This document shows, piece by piece, positions 14,469 through 26,675 of a stretch of 64,000 nucleotides of DNA (position 1 is its first letter; each line of letters begins with the position of its first letter). Origin of the DNA: the human T2T-CHM13v2.0 reference genome, Homo sapiens. The stretch lies in assembly GCF_009914755.1 (NCBI RefSeq), contig NC_060936.1; one strand, given 5' to 3'. The translations under genes and the position numbers were made by a program. The notes under the pieces are model-generated. The model searched no databases and was not told the DNA's origin. It saw only the letters and a list, made by a program, of their open reading frames with translations.

Positions 14469-14799
14469 TCATCACCAGGTCCCCAGAGCCCTGCACAGTG
14501 TCTGACACACAGTCGCACCCAGCATAGATTTCAGCACATGGACTTCTGCTTGGCCCAGGCTCCTGGACTGCAAATGATTTCCAAAGTCTCTGGAGCTAAA
14601 CATAAGCAGGAAGGAAAGTAGCTGCAGTGGATAGAAACCCACGCCAGGGATCGCAAGGCCACAGGCTGAAGATTTCGGGGCTGGTCACAGGTCTGCTTGC
14701 CTACTCCACCCGTCACCTTCATGAGCCCTGACAAAGAAGAGCCTGGCCCCTCAAGGTGAGAGGCTTCCCCACTCTTCCCAATCAGGAGCCTCAGAAAGT

Positions 14800-15065
14800 G
14801 TTTCAGTTTGAGCGTCTCTAGAAGAAGCAGACACTGAGGCAAGGAGCAAATCCTTAGAAACGTCAGTAGGGAGGAAGGGAAGTGAAACAGGGAAGAGAAG
14901 AAAGTCAACACAGGTATGTTGATGAGCAAGTGAGTGGTGTGACTGTGGGAGGCAGCATAAGACTTGCTCAAATGCTCGGAGTTATCCCACCCCAGGGACA
15001 AGGACCTGGGGTGTTTATTCACAAATTCCCATTGTCCTTGTTTTAAGGATCTTCCTGCAGGATCC
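14800..15065 (-). mobile_element. LTR33/LTR16-like ERVL LTR
   Basis: GAAGCAGACACTGAGG...GGAAGTGAAACAGGGAAG...GAGTTATCCCACC...GGGGTGTTTATTCAC. Confidence 0.65.
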
Positions 15066-15964
15066 ACTCCCTAGCACTTCTGGATGGCCTGGCTCAGGGA
15101 AATCTTCAGGAAAGAGACCCAGGCTTGCACTATGAAGCTGCCGCACTGGGCGGGAATATAGGCCAGGCACTGACAGCATCTGCCCCAGAGGGTGTAAGGG
15201 CCAGCTCCCTGCAAACGAACGCAGTCCTAATAGAAAGCAGCTCCGATCTCCAGAAATGCCCTAGACATAGGTGGTTCCCCCAACACAGCAAGACAGTGTT
15301 CTCTGCAACACACAAATTAGATTCGAGCTCCCGCTCTTGGGGCTCGCAGTCTAATTTCTCTTCTACCATGGAGGGTTTAAACCGAGCAAAGGGAGATCTC
15401 AGAAAAGGCTGCAGCCCCAGTGGTGGGTGTGGAGGTAGCCTGGTTATTCTTAGCAGTGAGCAAGGGGAGGCAGAAGGGCTAGGCCGGTATTGCAACTTCC
15501 AGCAGGGGCAGCCAGGCCACAGTCTTTCCTGCCTTGCCAAGTTTGGTTGGAAATTCTTTCCACCCTGAGGCAGTGGGGAATGTGGGGAATGCAGGGTGGG
15601 CCTTCAGAGCCCCTTAAAGAGAGTTTCTCTATCCTGCTGTCAGAGGGGTGGTCAGAAGTAACGGGGGCTGTTCAGACTGCCAGACCAGGCAAGCAGGACC
15701 CCCAAGGCTGGGCTCCTGACCCAGCTGTAGTTTTCCTTCTGCTCGAATGCTTTGATTCATGCCAGGACTGGCCCAGGGAGGGTGACAGAAGCTGAAAAGG
15801 TACATGTCTTCAAAACCCAGGCAGGAGGCAGGACACTGTCTCAGCTGTGCTGAAGCTCTGAGTTTGGAAGGTTCTAACAGAGCTGAATGCAATCGAGATT
15901 TGGTCTTTTGGTTCTAACTTCTGTTGCCATCTGGGAAGTAAACAAAGGATGTGCCTTAGAGTGG

Positions 15965-16190
15965 CCAAATGGAGGACAGCATGACTCCTGGGGCCAGAGT
16001 CCTGAGTTCAAATCCTGGCTCTGCCTCTAACAAGAAGCCACGTGGCACTGAGTAGGTCAATTCACATTGCTGTGCCTCAATTTCCTCAATTATCATAATC
16101 CCTACGTGATGACATTGCTGTGAGGGTTGAGTGAGCAAACACAGTTCTTAGAACAAAGCCTGGCATAGAGAAAACAATAAATAGTAACCT
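15965..16190 (+). mobile_element. MIR
   Basis: CCTGAGTTCAAATCCTGGCTCTGCC...TGTGCCTCAATTTCCTCA; a second MIR follows at ~16290-16480. Confidence 0.8.
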
Positions 16191-16998
16191 ATGAATCTTG
16201 CATACAGAAGTACTTAGAAAATAGGGACCACAGTGGGTACTGACTGCTTTTCTTTCCCTCTGTCCAGTTATAGGGCTTTTCAGAACATCAGATGCAAAGT
16301 CAGATGGATCTGGCCTGGAATCTCTGACTTACTACTTGTTACCCATGTGGCAAATGACTCAGGTTCCTCATCTGTCAAACGGCAATAAACCTAGTAGCCA
16401 CTTCATAAATTTGTAAAAAGGATTAAATGAGTAAGTGAATATAAACTACATAGCACAGTGCCTGGCCCACAATACACATGACTGTTTATTTCTGCTGGAA
16501 TTATTCCTTGATCCACTCACTCAATCATCAGACATTTATTGTGCTTCAGGCATGAGCTCTCAGAGAGAAATCAAGTGTGTGCTGTTACTCTCAACAGGCT
16601 AGTTCTAAGTACCTGTGGGTCCCCTCAGGAAAGGGGGGTTTTTTTCCAGAAGAAAGTGGAGAGAAATGTTGGAAAGCAGAAACAACTATATCCAACTCCA
16701 ACTCCTAGATCTGTGGGTATAGTTGGAGGGGTGTGAGTTGGTGTTTAAAATGGAAATGTTTAGAGTGCCAGGAAGCAGGGCTCATGTTCCTGTCTTTCTG
16801 ATTTTGAGTCTTTAACATACTGTTTGGGAAGCCCGGGGCAGCGTGGTGGATTGAAAATGATGTACATTCTATTGAGAAACAGAGGCTATTTCACCTCCTG
16901 TGAATCTGGGCAGACCTTAGTAACTTGCTTGACCTATAGAATGTGGCAGAAGTGACATCCTGGAGCACCTAAGGCTGGGTCATAGATACCTTGCTGCA

Positions 16999-17162
16999 AG
17001 TTGGGTGTGGTGATGTGCACCTGCAGTCCCAGACTTGAGACTTGTGAGGCTGAGGCAGAAGGATCACTTGAACTCAGAAGTTCAAGGTTGCAGTGAGCTA
17101 TGATTGCACCTGTGAATAGCCGCTGCATTCCAGCCTGGACAACATAGTAAGACTCTGTCGAA
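16999..17162 (+). mobile_element. FAM (fossil Alu monomer), following an MLT1 fragment (~16840-16995)
   Basis: Retains the 7SL-derived GCACCTGTGAATAGCC segment that dimeric Alus lack. Confidence 0.8.
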
Positions 17163-17316
17163 GAAAAGAAAGGGAGAAAGAAAGAGAGAGAGAGAGGAAG
17201 GAAGAAAGAGAAAGAGGAAGGAAGGAAGGAAGGAAGGAAGGAAGGAAGGAAGGAAGGGAGGGAGGGAGGGAGGGAGGGAGGGAGGGAGGGAGGGAGGGAG
17301 GGAGGGAGGGAGGGAA
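17160..17316. repeat. Pure polypurine tract: GAAA/GA, then (GGAA)10 at 17216-17255 and (GGGA)15 at 17256-17315
   Basis: Direct read; lies where the FAM tail should be. Confidence 0.95.
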
Positions 17317-18677
17317 GCCAGCCCACCTGTCTGCAATTGTACCATTGTATCCAGAACAAGCAGTGCCTCCCAAGTGGGCTGTGAGCCGTGTTTTGTGAGA
17401 TCACTCAGAGAAATAGGTGCACCTTAATTCAATAAACTTGCGAAATGACACAGTAGACCTGCCTCCCCACTTCATACCAAAGAGACTTCTCCATATACTT
17501 TAGCATTTAAAGGTCCTGAGAAGTCCTGCATTAAGGAATCCTTTCACTTCTGTTTAACCTACAGTTACCTTGTAACACCTACCAATATATTCCCCTGTAA
17601 TTTACCAACACTTCAGGGAATGCTAACCTAGACCCACGCATTAAAGACCTTTGGGTCAGAGAAGTTTTACAGCTTGGAGAAAAAGCCTTTTTCTCTCCCA
17701 CCTCCACAGCCCCTCCCTCTTTTTCACTTCCCTCCCTCTGTCATGAGTGGGCAGGGCCAAGCATTGTTCACCAGCTTCTGCATCTGGTTCAGCTAAGTAG
17801 AATAAACTGGCAACATTAAAGCAAAAAAGTCATGCTGCAGGCATTTTCAAATTACCTAGTCTCTCTGGAGAAACCAACTGGGGGTGAGGCCCAGAAATTG
17901 GGGAAATGTAATGCATAATAATAACCATTAAAAAAACAGAGGAAAATGATTTGTAGGATTATTGAGTGCCAGAACCCCAAAGCTATAAACAGGATGTTTG
18001 AAACGATTTCAAGCATAAAGGTCACAATCTGCAATTTAAATGTCGGTAGTTTGTTGCCTTTTTTCTTGGTTATGGTTGGGTGCCACCAATTAGTTCAAGC
18101 GTGTGTGCGTGTGTGTGTGTGTGTGTGTGTATAAAGGTTTTTCAGAGTACACTGGGCTTCTCAGTCAGGCTGAGTTGGTTGGCAGCCTGGAAACCCACAC
18201 AGGAGTGGGCAAATCCTTTACAGCATGAAAGCAAGGAGGACCCTTCTGCTACACAGTGAAAGTCTTCTTCCTCTTTCTGCAAAAATAAAAATATAACACA
18301 ACACAAACACTTTACTCCCTTCAGCAGTCTGCAGTTATTTTACCCTGAAAAAAATGAATCATTGAAAAATCCTGGGGTGGGATTGCCACCAAACCTCAAC
18401 CTAGTCTGGTGGTCTTATTAATGCCAATCCTATATTCTGACTTGGCCAATGCCTTGAGAGGGTATTTATTAGGGTGAACATTGGGGTTGTTCCTTGAAAC
18501 CTTTGCTCGTGGATAAACACCTTTGGAGTTGATTTTGTGGCTGGGGGAGAGGTCAGTAAGCTGATGGCCATACACGCCTGTATGTCTCTCTTGAGGTTGG
18601 AACCATCAATCCTGGACACAGGAAGTTGGGTTGTGACAGTCAGGAAGACGGGGTTAAACTAGGAGTGGCTGACAGGA

Positions 18678-18842
18678 CAGGGTCTCTCAAACTTTGATGT
18701 ACACATGAATCACTGGGAATCTTATTGAAATGCAGATTCTGGCTCTATAGGTCTGGGTTGGAGCTTGAGATTCTCTATTTCCAACAAGCTCCCAGGTGAA
18801 GCCGGTGCTGCTAGTCTTAGGATAACACTTTGGCTAGTGAAG
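18678..18842. mobile_element. MER5A-type MITE
   Basis: CAGGGTCTCTCAAACTTT...AATGCAGATTC...AACAAGCTCCCAGGTGA. Confidence 0.8.
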
Positions 18843-19364
18843 CTCTAGACCAGGCTGTCTGATAGACTGATTTGCTCTGATGGCAGTGTTCTATATTTGT
18901 GCTATTCAGTGTGGTAGCCACTAGCCACATGTTCCTACTGAGTAATTGAAATGTGGTGAGAGTAAATAACTGAATTTATTTGGAGAAATTCTTTATTTTT
19001 AAATGCTTAAAAGGACAAACTTCTTGCAGGAAGTTTCCAGAGTATGTAACATCTGTGTTATGATGACATTCTATTTCTGGAATCTCATGCTTAGAAATTG
19101 GCATCGGAAGGCTTACCAAACCTTTGAAATATGTGTGTGTGTTTGAAATGTATATGTGTATGTTTGTGTGTATGCATATTTATATTTTCATATACATATG
19201 TACACACACATATATACACATATATATTCTAGGGTTCTATAAGGACTTCAACATCAACTATCAAGTAGCTCTCAGCAATGAACTAAATTTCCTCCTTGAA
19301 AAAGCAGGTTAAGTACCAGAAGAGGACGAAGAAAAGGCACTCAGATTTTTTTTAACTGATGTGT

Positions 19365-20905
19365 TCTTTTTTCCCCAGCTTTATTGAGGTATAATTGGCA
19401 AATAAAAATTGTATATATTTAAGGTGTATAACATGATGTTTTGATACACATACATGTAGACATTGTGAAGAGATAACCACAATCAAGCTAATTAACATAT
19501 CCATCACCTCACATCTTTATTATTTTTAATTTTTTGTGGTGATGTTATGGAACCAAACTGGGTCCATTTGCCGACATGTAATGCCAAGTCACACACTGAA
19601 ACACCGGGTTTTTGCAGTGATAAAGGTTTACTGTGAATTGACTGGCAAGGAGACAGGAGGAAACACTCAAAACTTGTCTCCACAAGCTGGGAGTTGGGGC
19701 AGGCTTTATAGTCAGAGGGTAATGAGGTGTGATCTGATTGGATCTTGCCATGAGGTGATACCAGGAGGCGTGCTCTGACTGGACCATACCGTGGGGTGAG
19801 GCCAGGGCTCAATCTGATTGGACCCCGGACCCTGCCATATGGTGTCCATTTCTTAATTCAGTATCCCCTCCTCCAACCAAGCACTTAGGTTCTACCCCTG
19901 GTTGCATGCTTGGTTCATCTGGGCATGCTCAGGTTACGTAACCTTCAAACTGGGAGTCCATGGCAACTGAAAACTCACAACTTTCTTACATAAAAGTTGA
20001 ACCAGATTAGTCTTGTGAAGTTACAATAAGAACATTTAAGATCTACTCTTTTGGCAAATTTCAAGTGTACTATAGAGTATTATTAACAATAGTCATCATG
20101 TTATATATTAGATCTCCAGAAGTTATTCATCCTGCATAACTGAAACTTTCTGCCTTTTGACCAACATCCCCCCATTTCCCCTCCCACTCTTCAGCCTCTG
20201 GCAATCACCTTTCTACTCTCTGCTTCTATGAGTTTGACCTTTTTTAGATTCTACCAAGTGTGATTGTGCAGTATTTGTCTTTCTGTGTCTGGGTTGTTTC
20301 ACTTAGCATAATGTCCTCTAGGTTCATCCGTGTTATTACAAACAACAGGATTTCCATCTTTTTACAAGCTGAATAATATTTCAGTGTGTATGTGTGTGTG
20401 CCACATTTTCTTTACCCATTCATCTATCAGTGGACATTTAGGTTGATTTCATATGTTGGCTATTGTGAATAGTGCTGCAATGAGCATGAGAGTGCAGATG
20501 AGCATAAGAGTGCAGATGTCTCTAAAATATACTGACTTAATTTTCTTTGGATTTATATCCAGAAGTGGGATTGCTGGATCATATGTGAGTTCTATTGTTA
20601 ATTTTTTTATGAATCTCCATACTGTTTTCCATAATGGCTGTACCAGTTTACATTCCCACCAACAATGGACAAGGGTTCCCTTTCCCCACACCCTTCCCAA
20701 CCCGTGTTATCTCTCATCTTTTTGATCATAATCATCCTAACAGGTATGAGGTGATAGCTCATTGGGATTTTGATTTGCATTTCCCTGATGATTAGTGATG
20801 TTGGGCACATTTTCCATACCTGATGACCATTTGTGTTTCTTCTTTTGAGCAATGTCTATTCAGATGCATTGCCTGTTTTTCAATCAGGTTATTTGTTTTC
20901 TTGCT
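19365..20905 (-). mobile_element. 5'-truncated L1MA (L1MA7-9-like)
   Basis: CAGCTTTATTGAGGTATAATTG 3' end; ORF 20449..20700 translates to an L1 ORF2 remnant ([19 protein letters not shown]...YDPAIPLL). Confidence 0.9.
19543..20025 (-). mobile_element. ERV1-class solo LTR (~483 bp) inserted in the L1MA
   Basis: TGTTA...TTACA termini; L1 sequence is continuous across it (TGTGGTGA|ATAAGAACATTTAAGATCTACTCT); degenerate 4-bp TSD. Confidence 0.75.
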
Positions 20906-21465
20906 CTGAATTTTTAATTTAACTTCATTTAATTATTTTAAATTTAAATAGCCACAGTGGCTAGTGGCTACTGCATTGGACTGTGCAGTTCCAGCCTGTC
21001 AGCTCTGTATGGGAGGGACCATATCTTTAGCTCACTGTTGTGTCCCATTACTTAGCTGAGTGCCTGGTCCACATCAGTTTCTTAGTAAATATTTATTGAT
21101 GACATTATGGCATAATAAAACTGGAGAAGGAGTTTTAAACCATTCACATGTCAGAACCCTATGATTGTAAGTCACCAAAACCCATCTTAAACTTGAACCT
21201 ACCAAAGGCCTACCAATTGGCTCTTTTGACCCAAATTGCAGAAAGATCTGGGGTGTAGCTGGTCTTGGGGTGGGAAGGTTAGATCCAGGAACTAATTCAT
21301 CAACATATTCTTTCTCTCGCGGTTTGTCTGCATTCATTCTTTCAGGACAGTTGTCCCCACTGGGCTCAAACCAACATCACAGGTAGCTCTGCACCTCCCA
21401 ACTCAGAGCCTCATGACCACATCAAATAGAGCTGTTTTCCATTGTAGTGAATTCTGACAAATTTA

Positions 21466-22264
21466 TGTTGCCTTAGCATCTGCTTGGAACACAAGTTTAA
21501 TTTTCTCAAACCAGAAGCAGGGCTCGCTGACTCCTGACATAGTTTCAGTTCTACACCACACCCAAATTGCTAGAGCCAGTGGCTGAAGATAAGAACTCGA
21601 GGCCTCTGTCCTGCCTAGCAACTGGGCTCCCCACTTTCCTGTTGAATCATTTAAAGGGGCCATTCAGACATTTCCTTGCAAACTGAAAGTGACCCACACC
21701 CTGTTCCCTTATATGTACTGCACACCACGTCCTTCTCTCTCTCTCTCTCTCTCTCTCTGCCTGACTCTTCATTTCTGCCTTGCATGACCTGGGGACAGAA
21801 GACTGTCCTCCCAACTCATTATGCCCTCCTTGCCTTGAATCTTCTAGAAGAAAATTTTGAACTTATTTCCTCTTGTGATGGTGTATTGAATTTGCATCTT
21901 GCATCTGAAGAACTAGGGGCTGCCCCAGGCTGGGTTTGCCCCAGGCTGGGTTTGCCCCAGGGACACCAGGTAAAACAGAAGGGCAGGATCCCAGTGCCAA
22001 TGCAATGGTCAGACAAGGATAAACTGGCTACGGGTCAGATGAGAGCGACAGGGTGTCTGCCAATATAAACAAGTTTCCCAGGTGAGAGATCTCCTGGTCG
22101 CAGGTCAGACAACTAGGCATTAGGTCATCTGCCAGGTAAAATAAGTATCTCATGAAAGGCACTGTGTAGACACCCATGTCCAGCTCCCCTTTGTTTCCCA
22201 TGAGAGCAGGGCCACTAGCCAGTCTGCTACTGGAACCCTAGTTGAGCTGGGGGCTCTCAAAACA
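21466..22264 (+). mobile_element. MER54-like ERVL LTR inserted into an MLT1K-like LTR (~21145-21460 and ~22285-22520)
   Basis: TGTTGCCTTAGCATC...ACCAGAAGCAGGGCTC start and GGGGGCTCTCAAAACA end; internal 16-bp tandem GCCCCAGGCTGGGTTT. Confidence 0.7.
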
Positions 22265-22555
22265 CCCACCAAGACCAAGCAGAACAATTATCAGGGAAGG
22301 TTTCTGATTGGCCGGGCTTGAGTCATCATGTGCCAATTGCTGGACCAATCACTGTGGCCAGGGCAATGGAGTTCTAAGACTGGCCCAGCCAGGCTCAATG
22401 GCATCCCATCTACATCTACATTCAGGGATGACTTCCTCCAGACACATGTGTTGTAGTTCGGAGCAGCAGTTCCTACAAAGATGAGGTATGCTCTGCTGGG
22501 CAAATGAAACAACAAATGCACGAGAGGAGAGGAGGGGTTTTGAGCTCAAGAAAAT

Positions 22556-22639
22556 GGTTGCTGTGATGTATTTCTTTGCACTAGACCATGGATACAAGGT
22601 AGTTGTGATGTATTTCTTTGCGCTAGACCATGGATACAA
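22556..22639. repeat. Tandem duplication, 2 x 42 bp
   Basis: GGTTGCTGTGATGTATTTCTTTGCACTAGACCATGGATACAA / GGTAGTTGTGATGTATTTCTTTGCGCTAGACCATGGATACAA (3 mismatches). Confidence 0.95.
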
Positions 22640-23274
22640 AACTGCCTTCTTTGATCATGTCAAAAGGTATAATGAGGGTAGTAAGATTCAACTGGCCACA
22701 CCAGTTTCCGTCTGTACTCCCTGGCCCTGCTATATTAGTGAGGGTTCTAGAAACTAAGACATCCCAAAGGAAGGCAACATGTGAAACACAAGGCTGAGCA
22801 GGAGTTTGTTGGATGGAAAAATGGAAGGGAGGAAAGAGCAGTCCAAGGAGAGAAAACCACTCAAAGGCAAGGCAGTAAAGGAGTAGAGCATGGGAGGAGG
22901 CATGGAGAATCCGCCCTGGAGGGTGGAGGGGAGCTGTGGAAATGCAGCAGGAAGTGGATCTGAGGCCAGACGTCAAAAGGCCTTAGCACTGAGTGGAGGA
23001 GTTTGGGCTTTTAGCTGTGTGTGCTGGGAAGCCGCTTAGAGGTCTTAAGCAGGAGCGGGGTATAGCCAGAGCTGTGTCTGTCCTAAAAGATTGTTGCGGC
23101 TGGGTTTGGGGGATGGACAAGATGGTGAGAGGAGGCAGGGTGCCAAGGACAACGATGTCCCCATATGTCTTTAAAGAGCTCCTGCTTCAGAGGTGGGCGG
23201 TGGAACAGCAAGCTCCATTCTGGCTGCCTGAGTGTTGACTCCCTGTCTCTTTGCTCAGACCCTGGCTGGGTGAG

Positions 23275-23480
23275 GTCCGGATCTTAGCTGCACCAGTTCC
23301 CAGCACTGTGACACTGGGCAGGTGATCTAACTTTTCCCTGAGCCTCCGTCTTCCCATTTGGGGAATACCTGCCTTTCACGGCAGTAGTGAGATTGCAAGG
23401 CCAAAATGGATGTGAGGGCTCCGGATCAGTGGACCCTGGACCTACACAGAATAGGAGCTCAGTAAATGTTGCTGTTGTTA
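23275..23480 (+). mobile_element. MIR
   Basis: CTGTGACACTGGGCAGGTGATCTAAC...CTGAGCCTCCGTCTTCCCAT...GAGCTCAGTAAATGTTGCTG. Confidence 0.75.
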
Positions 23481-24879
23481 TTAACGGGCTGTGGCTCGTA
23501 AGTGTATTCACATGGAAAAGGTTTGAACTGTGAAGTCCTGGGGGAAAAGTGACATTCAAAAGACGGAAGCTTCTTGGAGCAGTTCTGTAACCAGGTCAGG
23601 CTGACTCCTGCAAACTGCAAGGTAAAAATCATCCATCCAGCCCGTGAGCCCATGGCTCTCAGAGATCCCAGGAGGCTTGTGTGTCTAAACTGGAACGTGC
23701 CAGAAGAGGCTGCTTTCCAAGATCCTTTCTCTGGAGGCCAGGCTGGAGTCCCCTGAGAGAATGAGGGCATCGTGCTACATTTTAGACTGCAACTGGGATT
23801 GACCCATTTGCCAGCCGTGACAGCCATGTGTCCCAGTGGAAAATCCCCAGGGTGGAGCCAGAATAACCTAGGCCTGAAACCTGCACGTTCTGTGAGTTTG
23901 GGAAAGTCACTTCATCTCATGGGCCTCAGTTTTTCAATTTGCAAGATGGAAACAATACTGGCCATGGGGGTCTGTTGCAAGGATTAAATCAACAAATGCA
24001 CGTGGCATGTGGCTGTGGCTCCAGGTGGGGGTCAGGAACCTGCATGTATTGAGTCCTTACAGTGTGTAAGGCCATTGCTAAGTGCTAGTGATACACAGAC
24101 AAATTAGATATGGATCCTGCATTCAGGGGCAAGCTTGTGGTACAGCTAACTGAACAGATAACAAATGATGATAAAAGATAATCTCTGCTCAGTACTGTTT
24201 CTTTCAACAAGAGATGTGCCAATGTGTGCTGAATATGAGTTGTCCATGGAAGTAAAAATATACTTCAAGATAATATTCATGTCTTGGAGACTATGGCCCT
24301 ACAGTTTATGGAATCATAGAAATACTGAAAGTAACCATCTACATATGATAAGTCTGTTCATTTTAATAGTAATGACAAAAATACTGTTATAGCATTTGAC
24401 CTTCAAAACAACTTCACAGGTAGAGATTCTTGTCCCCATTCTACAGATGAGTAAACTGAAGCTCAGAGAAGTGAGATGGCCTGCCTAAGGTCACATAGGA
24501 AGAGCTGGGTCTAAGACTTGAACCCAGATCCAACATCTAATCCCTCACCTGTACCATGAAAATACACCACATGGAACATCTTCAGGAAGTACGTGGCAAC
24601 CAACAGACACAGAGGAACTGGTCAGAAGAGTCTGTAAGTCCACAGATATTCATGGAGCATCTACTCTGCCAGGCTTGCTCTCTGAACAGGATGATTTCTG
24701 CCCTTGTGGAGTTTATAGTCCAGAGGGGAAGACAGCCATGCAATAAATAATTAACATGGATGCTCTTAAGAGATACTCTGCTCCCCACTCCATAACCAAT
24801 TCACTGAATAAACTAATGCTCATATTCGCCTTCTGTAGAACATTTGGAGTGAACTCATGGTCTACTGAAGACAAGCAGG

Positions 24880-25185
24880 CAGGGCCATCCATGCCTAACC
24901 TGAGAATCCAAACCCACCAAAGAGCAGTCTTCTCCAGGCTTTTGCTAGGCTGGCTGAGACTTTCTCAGGGCTGTGCTGCAGTCCGAGGCTCTTTCTGCAT
25001 AGCCTTCCTTCCTTCCTCCTCTCCCTTCCCAGGGGTCAGACCTGCATCACAGTCTGAAGGCACTGTCTGCTCTCTCTCTAACCTCCCTCTCTCTCTAGCC
25101 TCCACCTCCAATGAAAGTTTCCTCCAGTAAATCTTTTGTGCTCCTAATTCCACGTTGGTACCTGCTTTGCAGAGGACTGAGTGGA
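24880..25185 (+). mobile_element. LTR16-like ERVL LTR, 3' part
   Basis: GAGACTTTCTCAGGGCTGTGCTGCAGTCCGAGGCTC...GGGTCAGACCTGCATCACAGTCTGAAGGC...CTAATTCCACGTTGGTACCTGCTTTGCAGAGGAC. Confidence 0.7.
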
Positions 25186-26079
25186 TTGAGTGTCCTGCAG
25201 AAGTGAGGTTCACACCAAGGCCTGATGCCTCAGTAGCTGGGGCAAGTCATGGGGAGCAGTGCTTCTGGGGGAAGGAAGGGTAGGAGAGGGTGTGGCTGAG
25301 GACAGAATCAGTTCACAAATAAATAATTTAATAAATGATTTCACTCCTTTCTGGTGTTCACACTTGGGTGACCCATTGGAGCCTCAGTTTCCTCCCTTAC
25401 AAAATAGTAAAAAACAATAATGCTATTACCTCTCTCCTAGGCTGTTGGATTAAATAAGGATTAAATAAAATAATTCCTGCTCAATGGCTCAGAGCCATGT
25501 GTATTCTGGCAAGCGTGTGGGAGGAACCACACGGCAGGATGGCAGGAGGTGGGGGCCTACCAGGAGCCCCTCGGGCATCCCAGGCTGCCTTACCTTTCCG
25601 TGGCCTCTGCAGTCTCTCAAAGAGCTCCCACGGCTCTTCTTGCAGAAGCCACACCCGAGGGAGGTATCTGTTCTCTCTGCCCACAAATATGGCCCCAGTG
25701 AAAGGGTCCACCTCACAGATATTTTTGCTGCAATATGTGGTGTCACTATGGCAGTTTGACCATTATCTGGGTCATTTGAGCCCGAGAATCTGCCAAATCA
25801 GATAATTTTGGTGGTTTGCCTGTCTCTCTGGATCACATGTCCTGAGTAATGGCCCTGGTCTCCACCTGGCCTGGTTCTACGTTGACAATCTTCTTTTCAG
25901 AAAGCCTGAAATGAAAGCTGGCTCTGGCTGGTATGTTCAAGGTCAAGGCTTAAGAGGAGACGCTAATTTAGAGTCCTACATTTACCCCCCTTATTATGTG
26001 GCTCCATCCAGGATGGTGCTTAGGCATCAGTAACTGATAAAGGTTAAAATACTGAAATTTGCAAATTTTTGCATTTAAA

Positions 26080-26660
26080 AAACACTTTTAACTGAAGTCT
26101 AACGTATGTACACAAGCGTACAAATAAGGGTACAGCTTGATGCATTTTTACAAAGAACACGTTCATGTAACCAGCACCCAGATTAATATTTCAGCCCCGG
26201 GAATCATCCCTGCCCCACTAGCCCCCTTCCAGTAACAACCTCCCACCCAAGTGTAACCACTCTTCTAGCAGCTTGGTTAGTTTTGCAATTTCTGAACTTA
26301 CATAAATGGCAGCAGACCATGTGTGCTCCCCCAGGTCTGGCTTCCTTCATTTAACATTCAGTTTGTGACATTCATCCATATGATTGTATGGTAGCCATGC
26401 TTCATTCATTTGTACTGCTGTATAGTATTCCATGGAATACTATATTCCGATGGAAGTTTCCTCCAGTACACCTTCTGCACTTCTAATTCCACCTTGATGC
26501 CTGCTTTGCAGAGGACTGAACAGATCGAGCATGAATGAATTCAGCACTATTTACCCATTCTTCCACTGATGGATATTTGGCTCCAGTTTGGGGGTATTAT
26601 AAATAGTCCATTCTAGGATGTGTATTTTTGTAAAAATATCTGCCCATTTGTGTTAAGTAT
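26080..26660 (-). mobile_element. Old L1M(C/E) 3' region carrying an internal insertion at ~26433-26530
   Basis: TACAGCTTGATGCATTTTTACAAA...CATGTAACCAGCACCCAGAT...TGCTGTATAGTATTCCAT...TGATGGATATTTGG. Confidence 0.8.
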
Positions 26661-26675
26661 CAAATTTTAAAAATC

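Larger units (their letters stand above)
18847..20990. mobile_element. MER3 split into 18847-18977 and 20906-20990 by a ~1.9-kb composite insertion
   Basis: GGTAGCCACTAGCCACATG...GAAATGTGG...AACTGAATTT on the left; CTGAATTTTTAATTT...AAATAGCCACAGTGGCTAGTGGCTAC on the right. Confidence 0.8.

Noticed and set aside
14530-14550. RE1/NRSE-like TTCAGCACATGGAC
   Set aside because: One base short in the core and the right half-site does not match.
14531-15568. 178-, 147- and 136-aa ORFs
   Set aside because: One overlaps an ERVL LTR; the others are antisense to each other, with no splice or domain support.
16934-17404. ORFs with SLPP/SFLP repeats
   Set aside because: Translation of the (GGGA)/(GGAA) microsatellite and the FAM.
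20449-20852. ORFs with a CWWECK motif
   Set aside because: Frameshifted L1 ORF2 remnants within the L1MA.
22556-22639. CRISPR-like direct repeats
   Set aside because: Two adjacent units with no spacer, in primate DNA; a simple tandem duplication.
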